34,127 bases of DNA from Moraxellaceae bacterium (GTDB lineage: Bacteria; Pseudomonadota; Gammaproteobacteria; Pseudomonadales; Moraxellaceae): contig DAIRDY010000001.1 of NCBI GenBank assembly GCA_036795935.1, forward strand, positions 1 through 34,127, written 5' to 3'. The notes beneath the pieces were generated by a model. That model saw only the letters and a list, made by a program, of their open reading frames with translations. It did not search any database and was not told the origin of the DNA. Below are positions 30,285-34,127 of this stretch, in pieces; the stretch's first letter is position 1; every line of letters starts with the position of its first letter. Both the position numbers and the translations under genes were made by a program.

Positions 30285-30920
30285 TCAGGCGGTGCCGGGC
30301 AGGCCCCGCAGCAGCGAGGCCTTGAGGGCGGTCAGCTGGCCATGGAAGAAGTGGCCCACCCCGGCAAAGACCTCAAGTTCGGCGCCTGGCTGGGCTCGCG
30401 CCCACTCCGCCATCGCCTCCGGGTCCACCACCTCGTCGGCATCGCCCATCAGCACCCGGCTGCCGGGCGGCAGGCGGACGGCGGCAAAGCCCTCGTAATG
30501 CACGGGCGGCGCCACCAGCACCAGCTGTTGCAGGGCAAGCCCGGCCGGCCAGCGCGCCAGCGCCGCCGCACACACCCAGGCGCCGAAGGAAAAGCCCGCC
30601 AGCCAGACCTCGCGCACGCCCTGCGCGGCCAGCCAGTCCAGCGCCGCCAGCAGGTCGTCCACCTCGCCGCGGCCATGGTCGTGCCGGCCGGCGCTGGCGG
30701 CGGTGCCGCGGAAGTTGAAACGCAGCACCGGCAGCCCGGCCTCGCGACAGGCGCGCGCCACCGTCATCACCACCTTGTTGTCCATGGTGCCGCCGTGCAG
30801 CGGATGCGGATGACAGACCACGGCAGCGCGCCCCCCGGCACCGGGCTGCGGCCACCACACGGCTTGCAGCGCACCGGCAGGGCCCGGCAGCTCAAGGCGG
30901 ATTTCAGCAGGCGTGGACAT
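30285..30920 (-). CDS. Alpha/beta-fold hydrolase (small, single-domain)
   Basis: Nucleophile elbow GFSFG, acidic GDADEVV and GVGHFF, consistent with a Ser-Asp-His triad. Start at the internal ATG at 30920. Confidence 0.75.
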   Translation of the reverse strand: MSTPAEIRLELPGPAGALQAVWWPQPGAGGRAAVVCHPHPLHGGTMDNKVVMTVARACREAGLPVLRFNFRGTAASAGRHDHGRGEVDDLLAALDWLAAQGVREVWLAGFSFGAWVCAAALARWPAGLALQQLVLVAPPVHYEGFAAVRLPPGSRVLMGDADEVVDPEAMAEWARAQPGAELEVFAGVGHFFHGQLTALKASLLRGLPGTA

Positions 30921-31030
30921 GGGCAAATTCCTGGGCGACGCGGCTTGGCGGGAAGGGCGAATGCTATAGACTAGCCCGCATCGACGAAATGCCCGGCGGG
31001 TCACGCGGGCGCTGCAACAGGGAGAACGGC

Positions 31031-31480
31031 ATGGGCTGGCTGCTTTATCTGATCGTGTTCGCCGGGGGCGGCCTCGCCGGCTGGCTGCTGGCCCGGTCGC
31101 GCAATCCCGACACCCGGGTCCGTGAACTGGAAGAGCACCTGACCAGCCTGCAGGAAAAATACGACCGCTATCAGGAAGACGTCACCGAGCACTTCGGCAC
31201 CACCGCGCAGCTGGTCAATGCCCTGACCACCAGCTATCGCGAAGTGCACCAGCACCTGCAGCAGGGCGCGCAGACCCTCTGTGCCGACACCCGCCGCCAC
31301 GGCAGCAGCAACCCGGGCAATGCCTTCATCAGCCTGGAGATGCCGCGCGACAGCAGCGGCCATGCCACCTTGCTGCATGACGATGCCTATCTGGCCAGCC
31401 TGGAGCCGCCGCGCGACTACGCTGCCAAGAAGCCCTCGGACAAGGGCACGCTGGACGAGGACTACGGCTTTCGCAACTGA
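31031..31480 (+). CDS. zapG: Z-ring associated protein ZapG / YhcB (DUF1043)
   Basis: N-terminal TM helix, then a coiled-coil. YREVHQHL and MPRD resemble E. coli YhcB YRQLYQHM and MPRDY. GGGAGA SD upstream. Neighbourhood with zapE and degS as in E. coli. Confidence 0.85.
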   Translation: MGWLLYLIVFAGGGLAGWLLARSRNPDTRVRELEEHLTSLQEKYDRYQEDVTEHFGTTAQLVNALTTSYREVHQHLQQGAQTLCADTRRHGSSNPGNAFISLEMPRDSSGHATLLHDDAYLASLEPPRDYAAKKPSDKGTLDEDYGFRN

Positions 31481-31503
31481 ACGCCCCGGCTGGACGCACG
31501 CAC

Positions 31504-31530
31504 AAAAAAGCCCGCAACGCGGGCTTTTTT
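31504..31530. terminator. Bidirectional intrinsic terminator between zapG and the convergent small ORF
   Basis: AAAAAA-GCCCGC-aac-GCGGGC-TTTTTT. It has the same stem sequence as the terminator at 22727..22755. Confidence 0.8.
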
Positions 31531-31548
31531 GTGGCCGTCAGGCGGACC

Positions 31549-31692
31549 TCAGTCGGCGCAGGGCCAGTCGTAATAGCGGGCACTGCGGCAATCGCTGCAC
31601 ACCGGTACCGGCTTCGCCACCAGCTCGCGCTCGGCACGACCGACGACATGGGCAAACAGGGCAAGGGCAAGGCGGGACAGCACGGCATTCAT
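31549..31692 (-). CDS. Hypothetical 47-aa protein with a hydrophobic N-terminus and a CxxC...C tail
   Basis: MNAVLSRLALALFAHVVGRAERELVAKPVPVCSDCRSARYYDWPCAD. Third-position GC is high like the flanking genes. GGAG lies about 9 nt upstream. The ORF is bracketed by the Nif3-like stop and the terminator at 31504..31530. I do not recognise a family. Confidence 0.45.
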   Translation of the reverse strand: MNAVLSRLALALFAHVVGRAERELVAKPVPVCSDCRSARYYDWPCAD

Positions 31693-31827
31693 GGCAGGGA
31701 TCTCCGGCAGCAGGGTGAACAGTGCCCATGCTGCCGGCGCCCGCCCCGTCGCGGCCAATCGCTTTTGCCTGCGCTTTTGATTGGCGGCAGCTATCCCCGC
31801 CGCCGGCACTGCCGCGACTGGCGGCGC

Positions 31828-32595
31828 TCAGACCGGGTTGTCGATATCGATGAACTCGACCGCGAGGCCCAACTCGGCCGCAACAAAGGCCCCCAGCGCC
31901 TGCACGCCGTAACGCTCGGTGGCGTGATGGCCGCAGGCAAAGTAATGGATGCCGGCCTCGCGCGCGGCATGCACCGTGGGCTCGGAAATCTCGCCGGAGA
32001 GGAAGGCATCCAGCCCGAGCGCAATCGCCTGCTCGATATACCCCTGCGCGGCGCCGGTGCAGAAGCCGATGCGGCGGATCTGTGCCGGCCCGCCCTCGAT
32101 CACCTGCGGCACCCGCCCCAGGCGCTCGGTGACAAGCCCGGCCAGTGCGCCCGGCGTCATCGCCTGCGGCAAGGTGGCGGTATTGCCGAGGCTGCGCGGA
32201 TTGCCGGGTTCGAGCGTCCCGTCGATGGCCAGCCCGAGCACGCGCGCCAGCTGCGCGTTGTTGCCCAGCACCGGGTGCGCATCCAGCGGCAGGTGGTAGG
32301 CGAGCAGCGACAGATCGTGGTCGAGCAGGGTTTTCAGGCGCCGCCGCTTCATGCCGGTGACACGCGCATCCTCGCCCTTCCAGAAATAGCCGTGGTGCAC
32401 CAGCAGGGCATCGGCACCGGCCGCAATCGCCGCCTCAACCAGTGCCTGCGAGGCGGTGACGCCGGTGACCAGCTTCTGCACGGTAGCCCGGCCTTCGACC
32501 TGCAGGCCGTTGGGGCAGTAGTCGCTGAAGCGGGCAGACTCCAGCGTGCGGTCCAGCAGGGCGCACAACTCGCGCAGCGCAATCGGGGTGGTCAC
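31828..32595 (-). CDS. Nif3-like dinuclear metal centre protein (YbgI / GTP cyclohydrolase 1 type 2 family)
   Basis: FSDYCPNGLQVEGRATVQKLVTGVTASQALVEAAI...HHGYFWKGE...LPLDAHPVLGNNAQLA...GHHATERYG is collinear with E. coli YbgI. The GTG at 32595 is preferred because GAGGAG lies 6 nt upstream. The ORF-track start at 32622 is a TTG. Confidence 0.9.
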   Translation of the reverse strand: MTTPIALRELCALLDRTLESARFSDYCPNGLQVEGRATVQKLVTGVTASQALVEAAIAAGADALLVHHGYFWKGEDARVTGMKRRRLKTLLDHDLSLLAYHLPLDAHPVLGNNAQLARVLGLAIDGTLEPGNPRSLGNTATLPQAMTPGALAGLVTERLGRVPQVIEGGPAQIRRIGFCTGAAQGYIEQAIALGLDAFLSGEISEPTVHAAREAGIHYFACGHHATERYGVQALGAFVAAELGLAVEFIDIDNPV

Positions 32596-32688
32596 GGGCA
32601 ACTCCTCGGGAAACGGATACAAACACGCCTTGAGCCGGCCTCAAGACGCCCCATATTCTCGCGGCAAGCCCTTCCCGAGGAAGTCCTC

Positions 32689-33840
<1,152 letters not shown>

Positions 33841-34001
33841 ACGCCGGCTGAAACGCGCTTGCAGCATCATCACAGCACGCGGCCCGGGGCGGCTGACCGG
33901 CAGCTGCGGCTACGCTGGGTAAATGCCGTCATGGGCAGGGTCGGCGCCGATCGCGCATAATCCGCAGGCCCGCATTCGTGCCTCCCGCCACAGGACGTGC
34001 C

Positions 34002-34127
34002 ATGACCGACAATCCCTACGCCACACCGCAATCCGCCCTTGCCGATGCCGCCGCGACAGATGCGGCGCCCCTCCCCGCCACCCGCCTGCGCCGCCTCGGC
34101 GCCAACCTCATCGACATGCTGATGCTG
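34002..34127 (+). CDS. 5' end (42 codons) of an RDD-family membrane protein, truncated by the window edge
   Basis: MTDNPYATPQSALAD...ATRLRRLGANLIDMLML. The NPYxxP start and the R-x-x-A-x-x-I-D motif are typical of RDD domain N-termini. Confidence 0.55.
   Translation, partial: MTDNPYATPQSALADAAATDAAPLPATRLRRLGANLIDMLML

Noticed and set aside
31531-32688. The N-terminal extension of the DegS/AlgW ORF, which makes a 769-aa reading frame.
   Set aside because: The protease homolog starts with its TM anchor at the ATG at 32689, which has a GAGGAAG SD. The extension is antisense to the Nif3-like gene and crosses a terminator.

Overview
The window is visibly GC-rich (not computed) and looks like core chromosome of a gammaproteobacterium. 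From memory, the gene order matches the Pseudomonas-type arrangement. On the minus strand there is a complete dcw division/cell-wall cluster: mraZ-rsmH-ftsL-ftsI-murE-murF-mraY-murD-ftsW-murG-murC-ddl-ftsQ-ftsA-ftsZ-lpxC. Upstream of it lie RNase P RNA (rnpB) and rsmI. The divergent lpoA-yraN-diaA-dolP operon is on the plus strand. Back on the minus strand come sspB-sspA, the cytochrome bc1 operon petABC, a tRNA-Gln(CUG), rpsI-rplM, an acyl-CoA dehydrogenase, zapE and an alpha/beta hydrolase. Next is zapG/yhcB (+), then a 47-aa Cys-containing ORF (-), a Nif3/YbgI-like gene (-), a DegS/AlgW-type protease (+) and the start of an RDD-family gene (+). A DUF721/DciA-like gene sits at the left edge. 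Gene starts were re-picked by hand from homolog N-termini, SD motifs and ATGA/TGATG coupling, and several differ from the longest-ORF track. I found no mobile elements, CRISPR arrays, defence or toxin-like cassettes, or unexplained multi-gene blocks. Every ORF with coding character is accounted for by a housekeeping family. I therefore do not claim a novel system. The items worth a second look are regulatory or architectural. They are: a ~200-bp AT-rich island with a sigma70-like promoter and 10-bp-phased GTGG (MraZ-box-like) repeats upstream of mraZ; a perfect (ARN)7 / (CAR)8 triplet tract in the ftsZ leader; canonical terminators inside the expected petC-sspA-sspB transcription path; a tRNA-Gln attached to the 3' end of the rplM-rpsI operon; a short LpoA with no lipobox; and rsmI/lpoA start codons only 18 bp apart.
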